DNA from: Fibrobacteria bacterium | GTDB lineage: Bacteria; Fibrobacterota; Fibrobacteria; UBA11236 | Length of the DNA stretch: 64,000 bases | Assembly (NCBI GenBank): GCA_043745805.1 | Contig: JAYTSD010000001.1 | Location: 32,001 to 96,000, forward strand | Direction: 5' to 3' | Shown: piece after piece, positions 9,771 to 17,992 of the stretch | Layout: the number at the start of each line of letters is the position of its first letter | Numbering within the stretch: position 1 is the stretch's first letter | Translations under genes and position numbers: made by a program | Notes under the pieces: model-generated | The model's input: the letters and a program-made list of their open reading frames with translations, nothing else | Told to the model about the DNA's origin: nothing | Database searches by the model: none

Positions 9771-9892
9771 TGAATTGGAAATGTATTGGACCAGTGCTTC
9801 AAGCGCAAAATGAATTTGTGTGGAAACGTTTCCGTACCGCCTGTGATACGGTATTAGGTGCGGTATTTCAAGAAGAGAATTGTTTAACTTAA
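9771..9892 (+). repeat. Direct repeat copy 2: alternative 3' end of the DUF349 gene
   Basis: Encodes ...FVWKRFRTACDTVLGAVFQEENCLT*, with the stop aligned to 5640-5642. Confidence 0.92.
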
Positions 9893-9983
9893 GTTAAAAA
9901 TCAAGTTTTATAGTTAGTGTCGTGGAGTTCAATTAATTGTATTAAAGGGATGGTCCCCAAGATTGCGAATTCTACTTCTTTCA

Positions 9984-11189
9984 TCACGGATCCAAACCTA
10001 GGTCAACGTACTTGAAACCGTATTTTGGATCAGTCAAGTAAATCAAGGTGTCGAAGGACCAATAGCTTCCGGTGGTGATATTTTTGAAATAGACATTTGC
10101 ATTAGAGTAAGCGTGATACATTCCAAAATTGTACTGGACCGAATCGGCGGGAAGGCTCCAAGCCAGGGTTTGTTGGTCGGTAAGTCCGGAATCGAGAACG
10201 ATTTTATTCACGGGGGTGGCGGAACGATTTCGAGCCAGTAAAATAAAATAGCTTGAGTTGCTGATCAAGGTCGAGGAATACGTCGCCGGTTGCCCAAGCA
10301 CAATGGTGTCCTTCCAAGTGACAATATTTCCCGAGGCGGCGGCAGCGAAGATGAGGCGGGTTGGACGACTCTTCAGATCCAGCATAAAGCTATCTGCAGG
10401 GGAAATGGAGGGTACATAGGTGTTACTCCCCGCATAAACGGTGGTGGTGAGATAGGCACCGGTATGGTTAATGAGTTTGAAATGAAAACCTAGGTCATCT
10501 TCATCCAAAGTCTCTTCGCGTATGCCAGAAAGGATTAGCTGAGCCAATATCGAGTCGAGCTGATTGTGGACTTCGATTTTGAGATTCACTATTGCATGGG
10601 AATCCCCGTTATAATTATCCGTATGTGCGTCCAAAGCGGAATTACCTGCTATCCGAAACAGAGGAGCGCTGCCCCCGTCCAGCCATTGGGTTCGCCCCTG
10701 GACTTGGTAGAAATATTTCAAGGACACGGAGTCTTGGTCCAAATTCGTGTTCACATCTGTTCTCACATCGAATTTACCGTTGTACATGTCGCCGTCATGG
10801 TCCACTGTGTTGAGGATTTGAGCCGTCAATGTATACGTGGCGGGAATCTTGTTCTTTTGAATGTTAGTGGTGGCGCTTCCATTGTAATTCAGCACGATAT
10901 CATACACCAAGATATTTCCTTTGTATCCTTTGATCGAAAACGTGGTCGGACCTCCCGCATAACCTGGCGCAGCCAGATTCACCAGTTGTTGCAATGATTT
11001 CAGAGAGTCGTCAAACCAGGTTGTAGGATTACCTTGCGCGTCCAAATGTTGGATTTGTACTCGGTGCATAGAAAGCAAAACGGTGTCGACATTTAAGTTA
11101 ACGCGATTGGATTTGCTGTCGTTGATATTACATGCGCACAGAAGCCAAAATGCTAACCAAACCAAAAGGGACAGAAACATTTTTTTCAC
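9984..11189 (-). CDS. Hypothetical lipoprotein, beta-rich (start likely GTG at 11189)
   Basis: MKKMFLSLLVWLAFWLLCAC lipobox; GTGA overlap with the upstream stop; GC-rich. Confidence 0.7.
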   Translation of the reverse strand: MKKMFLSLLVWLAFWLLCACNINDSKSNRVNLNVDTVLLSMHRVQIQHLDAQGNPTTWFDDSLKSLQQLVNLAAPGYAGGPTTFSIKGYKGNILVYDIVLNYNGSATTNIQKNKIPATYTLTAQILNTVDHDGDMYNGKFDVRTDVNTNLDQDSVSLKYFYQVQGRTQWLDGGSAPLFRIAGNSALDAHTDNYNGDSHAIVNLKIEVHNQLDSILAQLILSGIREETLDEDDLGFHFKLINHTGAYLTTTVYAGSNTYVPSISPADSFMLDLKSRPTRLIFAAAASGNIVTWKDTIVLGQPATYSSTLISNSSYFILLARNRSATPVNKIVLDSGLTDQQTLAWSLPADSVQYNFGMYHAYSNANVYFKNITTGSYWSFDTLIYLTDPKYGFKYVDLGLDP

Positions 11190-11899
11190 GGGGTCACTCC
11201 CACTGTGGAACGTGCGTCGATGGTATAAATCTGCGAAGATGATTTTGGCTGCATCAAGAAATAGGTGGCAATGCCTGTACCGATTACCGCAGTGCCGACT
11301 GCGGTCCAAACGAGAATCTTGGTTGTGGATAGGTAGGGTGACTGGGCGATTTCTGCGGGCGGAATTTTAGCGGTGGAAGTCTGTACTGTGCTTGGGCGAA
11401 CGCCGTTGCGCGCATAGTATTCCTCTTTGACCTTGTCGAAAAGTCGATCTATCTCGTCGCTCACGTACATGTCGATGAGCTTTATGGCCGGCTCTAGATC
11501 CAACAGCCGGTACATGTAATACTTGCCTTTTTCCCGCGTCCCCGGAGCGGCCGAATACACGACAGCCAAATGCTTTGCGATGAATACGCTGTCCGCGTGT
11601 TGGTAAACCGGGTTGGCCTTGGTGAAGGCTTCAATGGCACTGATAACGCTTTCGAACTCACCATTGTTATAGGTATTGTGGATGCCTTTTTGATCAAGCG
11701 CACCGCTTGCGGGTTGAGCCCACACCGAGATACCCAATCCAATCAAAACCAGTAAGAATACGGAGAACAGGTTTTTTGAATCTTTCCGTCCACTTCCTTT
11801 CATTTCGTTGCATCGGACCTTGTTCACAGGTGTTGTCGATTTTTCTAATTGATTCATAATGGGATTTTTCTTCCACTTAGGTATTTCCACCATCATCAT
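11186..11899 (-). CDS. Hypothetical exported helical (TPR-like) protein with a C-terminal hydrophobic segment
   Basis: Signal-like segment, helical core (YNNGEFE...KHLAVVY...KGKYYMYRLL), C-terminal TM. Confidence 0.7.
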   Translation of the reverse strand: MMMVEIPKWKKNPIMNQLEKSTTPVNKVRCNEMKGSGRKDSKNLFSVFLLVLIGLGISVWAQPASGALDQKGIHNTYNNGEFESVISAIEAFTKANPVYQHADSVFIAKHLAVVYSAAPGTREKGKYYMYRLLDLEPAIKLIDMYVSDEIDRLFDKVKEEYYARNGVRPSTVQTSTAKIPPAEIAQSPYLSTTKILVWTAVGTAVIGTGIATYFLMQPKSSSQIYTIDARSTVGVTP

Positions 11900-11955
11900 T
11901 TCTCCTTTTTCCTATATCGGAAAAGTGGAAGTCTCGGCTCAACTCTTGGATTTAT

Positions 11956-12717
11956 TTATTTAACTATCAAATATCCAGTACTGCTTTTGTCATCAACGAC
12001 AATACTGTCCTGACCATTTCCAGAAAATGTTCCAGCTCGGATTTCTTTTTTTAATGGGATCACAGAAATTGTCATGTGGACCCGACTTTTAAGAACAAAT
12101 TTATGGCCTATCGGAGGAGAAATTGCAAACCAGATGCTTGGTATTACTGCACCCAAAATTGAAAATACAGGGACATCCATTGACATAGCATCTATTACTC
12201 CTCCGCTACATATTGTCACAGCTGCAAAGATTAATTGCGTTGTTAGTTTTGAATTTTGCCAATACTTTTCTTTAGAATAATCTATTCCGCCCCAGTCTAC
12301 TGATACAAGCAGCCTTAGGTCTGGTGAAATGGTTGCATTGTTGTTATGTAGATTTTCAGATCGGGGAAATTGTTCGTCTAGGATAAGTTCACGAGAGACT
12401 GGGGACATTTCCACAAGTACGCCTTCTTCAGCTGCCTTCGCTTCTACTGCCCCAGCGATATAATCGAGTAAATCTTTATTGGAATGCGGGAAAACCCCAT
12501 TTATTTCTATCCTCGCTTTTTTCCCAGCGTAGTTACGAAATTCAATTTTTTTACATGTTTCGGAAATGGCTTGCCTCGCCGCGTTTGAAATAAGCTCCTG
12601 TTGTATCGGGAGTCTTGGTGAAATAATTTCCATTGAGGTAGGCATGAGCTGCTTGTTTGTTGCGCATGCAGAAAACATGATAAGTGTGATCGATAAAATG
12701 ATGAATAAATTTTTCAT
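11956..12717 (-). CDS. Hypothetical lipoprotein
   Basis: MKNLFIILSITLIMFSAC lipobox; two internal hydrophobic segments. Confidence 0.7.
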   Translation of the reverse strand: MKNLFIILSITLIMFSACATNKQLMPTSMEIISPRLPIQQELISNAARQAISETCKKIEFRNYAGKKARIEINGVFPHSNKDLLDYIAGAVEAKAAEEGVLVEMSPVSRELILDEQFPRSENLHNNNATISPDLRLLVSVDWGGIDYSKEKYWQNSKLTTQLIFAAVTICSGGVIDAMSMDVPVFSILGAVIPSIWFAISPPIGHKFVLKSRVHMTISVIPLKKEIRAGTFSGNGQDSIVVDDKSSTGYLIVK

Positions 12718-12731
12718 TTGTATCCTATTTA

Positions 12732-13277
12732 TTAATTGTTATCGGACAAAAGACAAATTTCATTTTTGAGGAAAAGACGCCGCCTGCCATTCAAAAAATA
12801 ATTTGATTTTTTGAACATAATTTGAGAAAATCTATTTTCGACTGGGAGCGGTTTAATTGAAGTCACCAAACTCAATTGTTGAATTTCATTCGGCGTCGGT
12901 TTGAAGTTCCATGCACATAACCCAGTCCTTACGCCATTTGTGACCGAGGTGTTCCGTTGAGCGAATAAGATTAGGGTGTCGTCTTTAAAAAAATGGACAT
13001 CGCATGCACTCTCTTCTATCAACCCACCAGCTGTACCTGCATTTAAAATTGCAAGGCTTTTTACACCTAACGGCGTTTTGCTGAAATCCCTAATTATTTT
13101 GAATTCCGTTTGATCCCAATCTGTCCCCCTATGGAGGTCACCTACCACTCCATATACTGTGACATCGAATAGGTCGCGTCTTTCGAGCAAAGTAATTCCA
13201 TAATTTGTGCATTGGCAAGCCCCAGCGAGTTTAACAGCAAGGTACGTTGTTAAAGAAATCACAAAAATTAATTTCAT
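12732..13277 (-). CDS. Secreted TIMP/NTR-like protein
   Basis: Signal peptide ending AGA then CQC; later SAC..F and LC; short C-terminal tail (YFLNGRR). Confidence 0.55.
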   Translation of the reverse strand: MKLIFVISLTTYLAVKLAGACQCTNYGITLLERRDLFDVTVYGVVGDLHRGTDWDQTEFKIIRDFSKTPLGVKSLAILNAGTAGGLIEESACDVHFFKDDTLILFAQRNTSVTNGVRTGLCAWNFKPTPNEIQQLSLVTSIKPLPVENRFSQIMFKKSNYFLNGRRRLFLKNEICLLSDNN

Positions 13278-13348
13278 ATTTTTCCCTTTGATGGTGATTA
13301 AATTACTGATTAAAAATTTAAAGTATTTTCAGTTTTTGTTTAACAAAA

Positions 13349-13570
13349 TTAAAGACCGCATGGCGATAAAGATTTTTTAAAACTAAAGCCGCTTCCAATG
13401 TTTATAGAAACTACATCCGAGGTTAAAACACTCCCACTGAGCCACCATCCTCCGTATACAGGGACACTTTCGCCACTTAGGGCTTTGCACGATATTCCAT
13501 AACAAGTGTTTTGAGCTATGGAAATTTGTAAAGCAATCAAAATAATCGCAGAAGCCAATGCTGTTCTCAT
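13349..13570 (-). CDS. Small secreted protein homologous to the C-terminus of 8075..9367
   Basis: AGGAG RBS, signal peptide, YGGWWLSGSVLTSDVVSINIGSGFSFKKSLSPCG versus FGQWWLDGNILKSDIVSVNVGIGFTFTKSILPCG. Confidence 0.65.
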   Translation of the reverse strand: MRTALASAIILIALQISIAQNTCYGISCKALSGESVPVYGGWWLSGSVLTSDVVSINIGSGFSFKKSLSPCGL

Positions 13571-13683
13571 AAATACTCTCCTGATACACAACAAGATTCG
13601 TCGCCAAAAAGAATGGCAAAAAGCGATTCTTTAGCGAACCCAATGATTCCAATATGTGTTTATGAAAGAAGCAATTCTTTTAC

Positions 13684-13732
13684 ATCTTGTAAGCTGACAT
13701 TTCGCTGACAAGCATTTTAGGGGAAGCAAAAG
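13684..13732 (-). promoter_or_regulatory. 49-bp upstream element copy 2 with TGTCA-N6-TGTCA direct repeat
   Basis: 48/49 identical to 9437-9485. Confidence 0.75.
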
Positions 13733-13857
13733 TCGGAAGAAGATCGTGTCGAAAGTCGAGCAATACCTTTCACAATCATTCGTTACAACAAGCACTTTGC
13801 GATTAATTCCCTTTTAAAATGGTATTAGGTCGTTTCGAAAATGAAAATAGTTTGACT

Positions 13858-15246
13858 TCAAAATATTTCTTGAAACTCCACCGGACAATTACTTTTAAAA
13901 CTAAACTCGCCGATTCCGGTTTTTTCTAAACGAACAAGACTTGTGGCTTCTGCAAGTTTATCCCGCAGACGATTCCAACGCGTTTCAAAACTGGAATTTT
14001 TCGTATTGGAAAAAATATCTTGATCATATTTGAAAGAGCGGAAATCAAAAGTTGTCTGACCTTTTTCATTTGCCAATAAAATTTTTCTCAGTATCTTTGC
14101 GGGTACCCCAGATATTAAGGTTTTACCATTGAGTAAAATAGCTTGCGCTTCGGAATGATATTCAAAAATTATTCGAAAAGCCACTTGTTCTAGGAGATGT
14201 AAATGGATACGTTCGACGGATTTCAAAACGCCAAGTTCCTCAGCAATCAAATCGTCCACTAATGAGTCGATTCGTCCATGGATTTTACCCGCCTTTTTCC
14301 ATCGAAACCCTTCGATATGTGTTGGTGCTTCATAACCGCAGGCAGGGAACAAAACAATGCGCTGTCGCAATGGACAGTAATACTCTTTTTCTATTACAAT
14401 TATTTCGCTATCAGGTACTTTTACTTTTTTAAGTTCAGGAAGCAAGAACGCGCAATGATCGTGGAGTCGCTTTTTGCGTCCAAAGGGTTTGCCTGCAATG
14501 AAAAAAATATCGCCGACCAAATGATGATCTACTTGCCAAAGTATTTCTTTAAGTTTGCGCATATCGGCTATAGGAAAGGATTCATCAATAGGAGTTCCTC
14601 CTAATGCGCGTGGATAGCGGCAAATAATTTGCGCACCAAATAAATGATAATCCGAAGGATAAAGCCCAGAAAATTTTTTATCCGGAATATATAAAACCCA
14701 GGCGGTTGTGAATCCTTGGTTTTTCTCTACGCGAATGGCCCTATTGATGCATCCAGGAATATAGCGTTCTGAAACCAAAGCCATAGCCTTGAAAAGGAAA
14801 TCACGGGGATCGGCAGCGCGTAAAAGTAAAGGCAAGGCAGGCTTTAACCAATGTAGTAGTAGTTTTCCAGGAATTACGGATCCTCGATTAACGCGAAGAC
14901 ACATTTTATCCACAATGCCAAGTATATTGGCTGATTTCCACACAGTAAATTGCTCCAAGCAATCCATAGTTGTTTGAACAAAATCCAGAGGAAATGTTCC
15001 ATTTTCTTGCCACAATCTTTGGTAAAGTTCTTCTTCTTTGATTCGCCCATCAGCACTGAGATCTGAAATACGAGCCTTCCAGAATTCTCTGACTGACTCT
15101 AAATCGAATTCTGTAAGCATTACTGAATAAAGTGCTTTTAAGTAGAGGTTGGATATATTCGGATTAAAAATAGCTGGTCGAGTTGGATCTTTGTAATCTG
15201 CAATTATTTTAGGTGAAATCGAAGTAAGAGAATCTAATACTGGCAT
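13858..15246 (-). CDS. Putative one-component regulator with a C-terminal OmpR/PhoB-like winged helix
   Basis: C-terminal ...ILLNGKTLISGVPAKILRKIL...FETRWNRLRDKL...LEKTGIGEF resembles a wHTH; the N-terminal ~350 aa is unrecognised. Confidence 0.55.
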   Translation of the reverse strand: MPVLDSLTSISPKIIADYKDPTRPAIFNPNISNLYLKALYSVMLTEFDLESVREFWKARISDLSADGRIKEEELYQRLWQENGTFPLDFVQTTMDCLEQFTVWKSANILGIVDKMCLRVNRGSVIPGKLLLHWLKPALPLLLRAADPRDFLFKAMALVSERYIPGCINRAIRVEKNQGFTTAWVLYIPDKKFSGLYPSDYHLFGAQIICRYPRALGGTPIDESFPIADMRKLKEILWQVDHHLVGDIFFIAGKPFGRKKRLHDHCAFLLPELKKVKVPDSEIIVIEKEYYCPLRQRIVLFPACGYEAPTHIEGFRWKKAGKIHGRIDSLVDDLIAEELGVLKSVERIHLHLLEQVAFRIIFEYHSEAQAILLNGKTLISGVPAKILRKILLANEKGQTTFDFRSFKYDQDIFSNTKNSSFETRWNRLRDKLAEATSLVRLEKTGIGEFSFKSNCPVEFQEIF

Positions 15247-15390
15247 TTGATTTTCCTCAAATAGGATGCATTAGATTTTTTTAATTATCGATTTTCCGTT
15301 TTCCAGAAGAATCAAATTTTTTATTGATTAAGTAATGCCGCCCAATACATTTAATGTATTACTTAATTGGATTTCTTTGTAGTGCGCCGG

Positions 15391-16524
15391 CTATTCTGCT
15401 TTTAAAATAATATTCGTGATTTCCGAGGGAACGCCTAAGCGCAGAGGTGGCCCCCAAAATCCGGTTCCGGCATTAACGTAAACCCACATTTGTTTATGCA
15501 AGTTTAAGCTTTTGTGATAAGGATTAAACCATCCTACTAATAAACTAATAGGAAAAAACTGACCCCAATGCGTATGCCCGCAAAGCATTATATCAAAGCC
15601 TGCTTCTTCTACGGTGAAGCAACTTTTGGGCTGATGAGCCAACATAATTTTTAGAGCCGCTTGATATTCGATAGGCGGTGCGGCTAATTTTGCATCAGGT
15701 TTTTGATCGGGAAAGAAGCGCGTGCAAGTATGATCGGGAATACCGGCTACCCAAATATTTTTTTCGGGAAGAGAAATTATTTTTCCGGCATTATGGAAAT
15801 GTGTGATTCCTAATTCCCGAACTTTTTTTTCCCATTGATCGCCTTTCCAATAATATTCATGATTACCGGTTACATAATAGACACCATCTCGTGCGTGCAG
15901 TTTTCGCAAAGGCTCTAATTCATCAGTTAATTGCGAAGCTTCGCCATCGCCCATATCACCAGTTAAAGCAATAAAATCAGGTTTTAAAGCTAAGGTTTTT
16001 TGCACCACATTTTCCACATACTTTTTACCAATCATCGGTCCTACATGTAAATCACTGATTTGTACAATGCGATATCCATCCTGAGATTTGGGCCAATCTT
16101 TCAGAGTGATTTCCACGTTACGTATAATAGGGCCTACTAATGCAGTGCGCATGCCCCATAAATTGGCGATAAAACAAAGGCTAAAAGTTATACCATTGAT
16201 TAAGGGGATATGGGAATATAAAGAAATGGTTTTTCCCGACAGATAATAAGTAGCTACAACAATTAAATCTTTAGCTGCGGTACCGAAAAATAAATGTGTC
16301 ATTAAGCCTAAAGCAAAATAAGTCAGAAAAAGTAAAAGCGGGCTTTTTTCAAATTGTTCTTTTTTAAACCAGCGTAAAAATTGAATCGCAAAACCGAGTA
16401 TAAAAAATACTAGGAGGATATTTTGAGCGAGGGGTGGGAGTTTTGCGCTGAGAACTAAATGTCGCCAAACATAGATCCAAACGCTGCTTAAAATGAAGAG
16501 TATAAGGGAAAAGAAAATCGCCAT
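15391..16524 (-). CDS. Membrane-anchored metallophosphoesterase (YkuE-like)
   Basis: SDLH, TGD, GNHE, AHQP, GHTHWGQ motifs; N-terminal TMs. Confidence 0.9.
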   Translation of the reverse strand: MAIFFSLILFILSSVWIYVWRHLVLSAKLPPLAQNILLVFFILGFAIQFLRWFKKEQFEKSPLLLFLTYFALGLMTHLFFGTAAKDLIVVATYYLSGKTISLYSHIPLINGITFSLCFIANLWGMRTALVGPIIRNVEITLKDWPKSQDGYRIVQISDLHVGPMIGKKYVENVVQKTLALKPDFIALTGDMGDGEASQLTDELEPLRKLHARDGVYYVTGNHEYYWKGDQWEKKVRELGITHFHNAGKIISLPEKNIWVAGIPDHTCTRFFPDQKPDAKLAAPPIEYQAALKIMLAHQPKSCFTVEEAGFDIMLCGHTHWGQFFPISLLVGWFNPYHKSLNLHKQMWVYVNAGTGFWGPPLRLGVPSEITNIILKAE

Positions 16525-16561
16525 AAAACTATCCCGAAACTTTCTGCAAGCTAGTTTAAAG

Positions 16562-17989
16562 CTAGCCCATTAAATGCTGAATATAATTATACGCCCAAGG
16601 GGTAACTCCCAAAACCAACATGGCAAGGGTGAGAACAATTAAGCACCAACGTTGGAGAAAGTTGATTTCTAGAGGAAGCACTTCACCTTCGGGCTGGGTA
16701 ATATAAGCCGCCTTTACAATAAGCATATAGTAGTAAAAGGAAAGTACCGAATTTGCCGCGGCAATGAATACTAACAGATAATGTCCTGAGCTTGCAGCTG
16801 AGGAGAATAATAAAAACTTGCCCAAAAATCCTGCAAGAGGAGGAATGCCGGCGAGGGAAAACATGCTTAACATTAGCACTGCTGCTAATCCTGGGCTTTG
16901 CACACTTAAGCCATGTAAGGAAGAAAATGTTTCGGTACGTTTTTGTCCAATAATAGACATGACAAAAAATACTGCAAAATTTCCGGCGGCATAGACGTAT
17001 AAATAATAGGTGGAAGAACTTAAAGCGCTATGACGATCTCCTAAAAAGGCAAGTAGTATGTAACCCGCTTGGGCAATAGAAGAATAGGCGATGAAGCGGC
17101 GAAAATCATTTTGTTTTAATGCGCCTAAATTCCCTAGTAACATACCGATTACGGAAAGCATACAAAGCATGGGAGCAAGTGTTTGTCGCATGGGTTCTAA
17201 GGGGCCACAGATTAATAAAGTTAAGGCGGCGATGGCGGCAGTTTTTGAAGCCGTAGAGATAAATGCGGTAACTGGTGTTGGTGCGCCTTGATAAACATCA
17301 GGAGCCCACATGTGAAAGGGCGGGATAGCCAGTTTAAAGCCTAGCCCTGCGAAAATAAATAATAGCCCTAAACCTAAATAGGGATGAGGAGCTGGATCTA
17401 ACGCTACGGCATTTAAGGCAGCGAAATGGAGGGAACCGACTTCGCCATAAACAAAGGATATTCCAAATAAAAGCAAAGCCGTGGTAAGGCTACCCATGAA
17501 TATGTATTTCATGGATGCTTCGGAGCCTTCGGTATCGCGCGCAAAGGCCGTGAGTATATATAAAGGAATAGTGGCTAATTCTAAACCCACAAAAAAAGTA
17601 AGCCATTCACGGGAGGATAATAAAGCGAACATACCCGCTAAACAAAAAAGAAGGATGGATAAAAATTCCCCTGGCCGAGTTAGCGTACCGCGTTTGTTAC
17701 CCCCTTCTCGGAAATAAGATTTGGAAAGTGCTACTGTGAATAATCCAATTAAGGCGAGTAATTGTTTAATTCCTAAAGTCCAAGGTGTGCAGCGATAATT
17801 ACCCCAATAGAGTACGCCAATATCTTTAGGTAAAAGACAAAGCCAAATGAATACAGCTATTAATCCTAGGCTCGCAATGCGAAAAGTGGCGCCTGGCCAA
17901 ATTTTGGAAGGAAATAAATCTACGATTAAAACCGCGAATGCTAAAAGCACCAACAGTATATCGGGCATTATTAAGAAAGTAAAATTCAT
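16562..17989 (-). CDS. nuoN: NADH-quinone oxidoreductase subunit N
   Basis: FKLAIPPFHMWAPDVYQGAP, AYSSIAQAGY. Confidence 0.93.
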   Translation of the reverse strand: MNFTFLIMPDILLVLLAFAVLIVDLFPSKIWPGATFRIASLGLIAVFIWLCLLPKDIGVLYWGNYRCTPWTLGIKQLLALIGLFTVALSKSYFREGGNKRGTLTRPGEFLSILLFCLAGMFALLSSREWLTFFVGLELATIPLYILTAFARDTEGSEASMKYIFMGSLTTALLLFGISFVYGEVGSLHFAALNAVALDPAPHPYLGLGLLFIFAGLGFKLAIPPFHMWAPDVYQGAPTPVTAFISTASKTAAIAALTLLICGPLEPMRQTLAPMLCMLSVIGMLLGNLGALKQNDFRRFIAYSSIAQAGYILLAFLGDRHSALSSSTYYLYVYAAGNFAVFFVMSIIGQKRTETFSSLHGLSVQSPGLAAVLMLSMFSLAGIPPLAGFLGKFLLFSSAASSGHYLLVFIAAANSVLSFYYYMLIVKAAYITQPEGEVLPLEINFLQRWCLIVLTLAMLVLGVTPWAYNYIQHLMG

Positions 17990-17992
17990 GGC

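Larger units (their letters stand above)
5549..9866. mobile_element. Putative 4,250-bp integrated unit bounded by DUF349 3'-end repeats (no integrase)
   Basis: Direct repeats offset by exactly 4,250 bp, enclosing accessory secreted-protein genes. Confidence 0.5.

Noticed and set aside
5521-13570. Diversity-generating retroelement TR/VR pairs (DUF349 repeat; 13349 ORF versus 8075 C-terminus)
   Set aside because: Differences are not adenine-specific and no reverse transcriptase is present.
5643-15300. Integron cassette array
   Set aside because: No integrase, and no repeated RYYYAAC...GTTRRRY attC-like hairpins between the genes.
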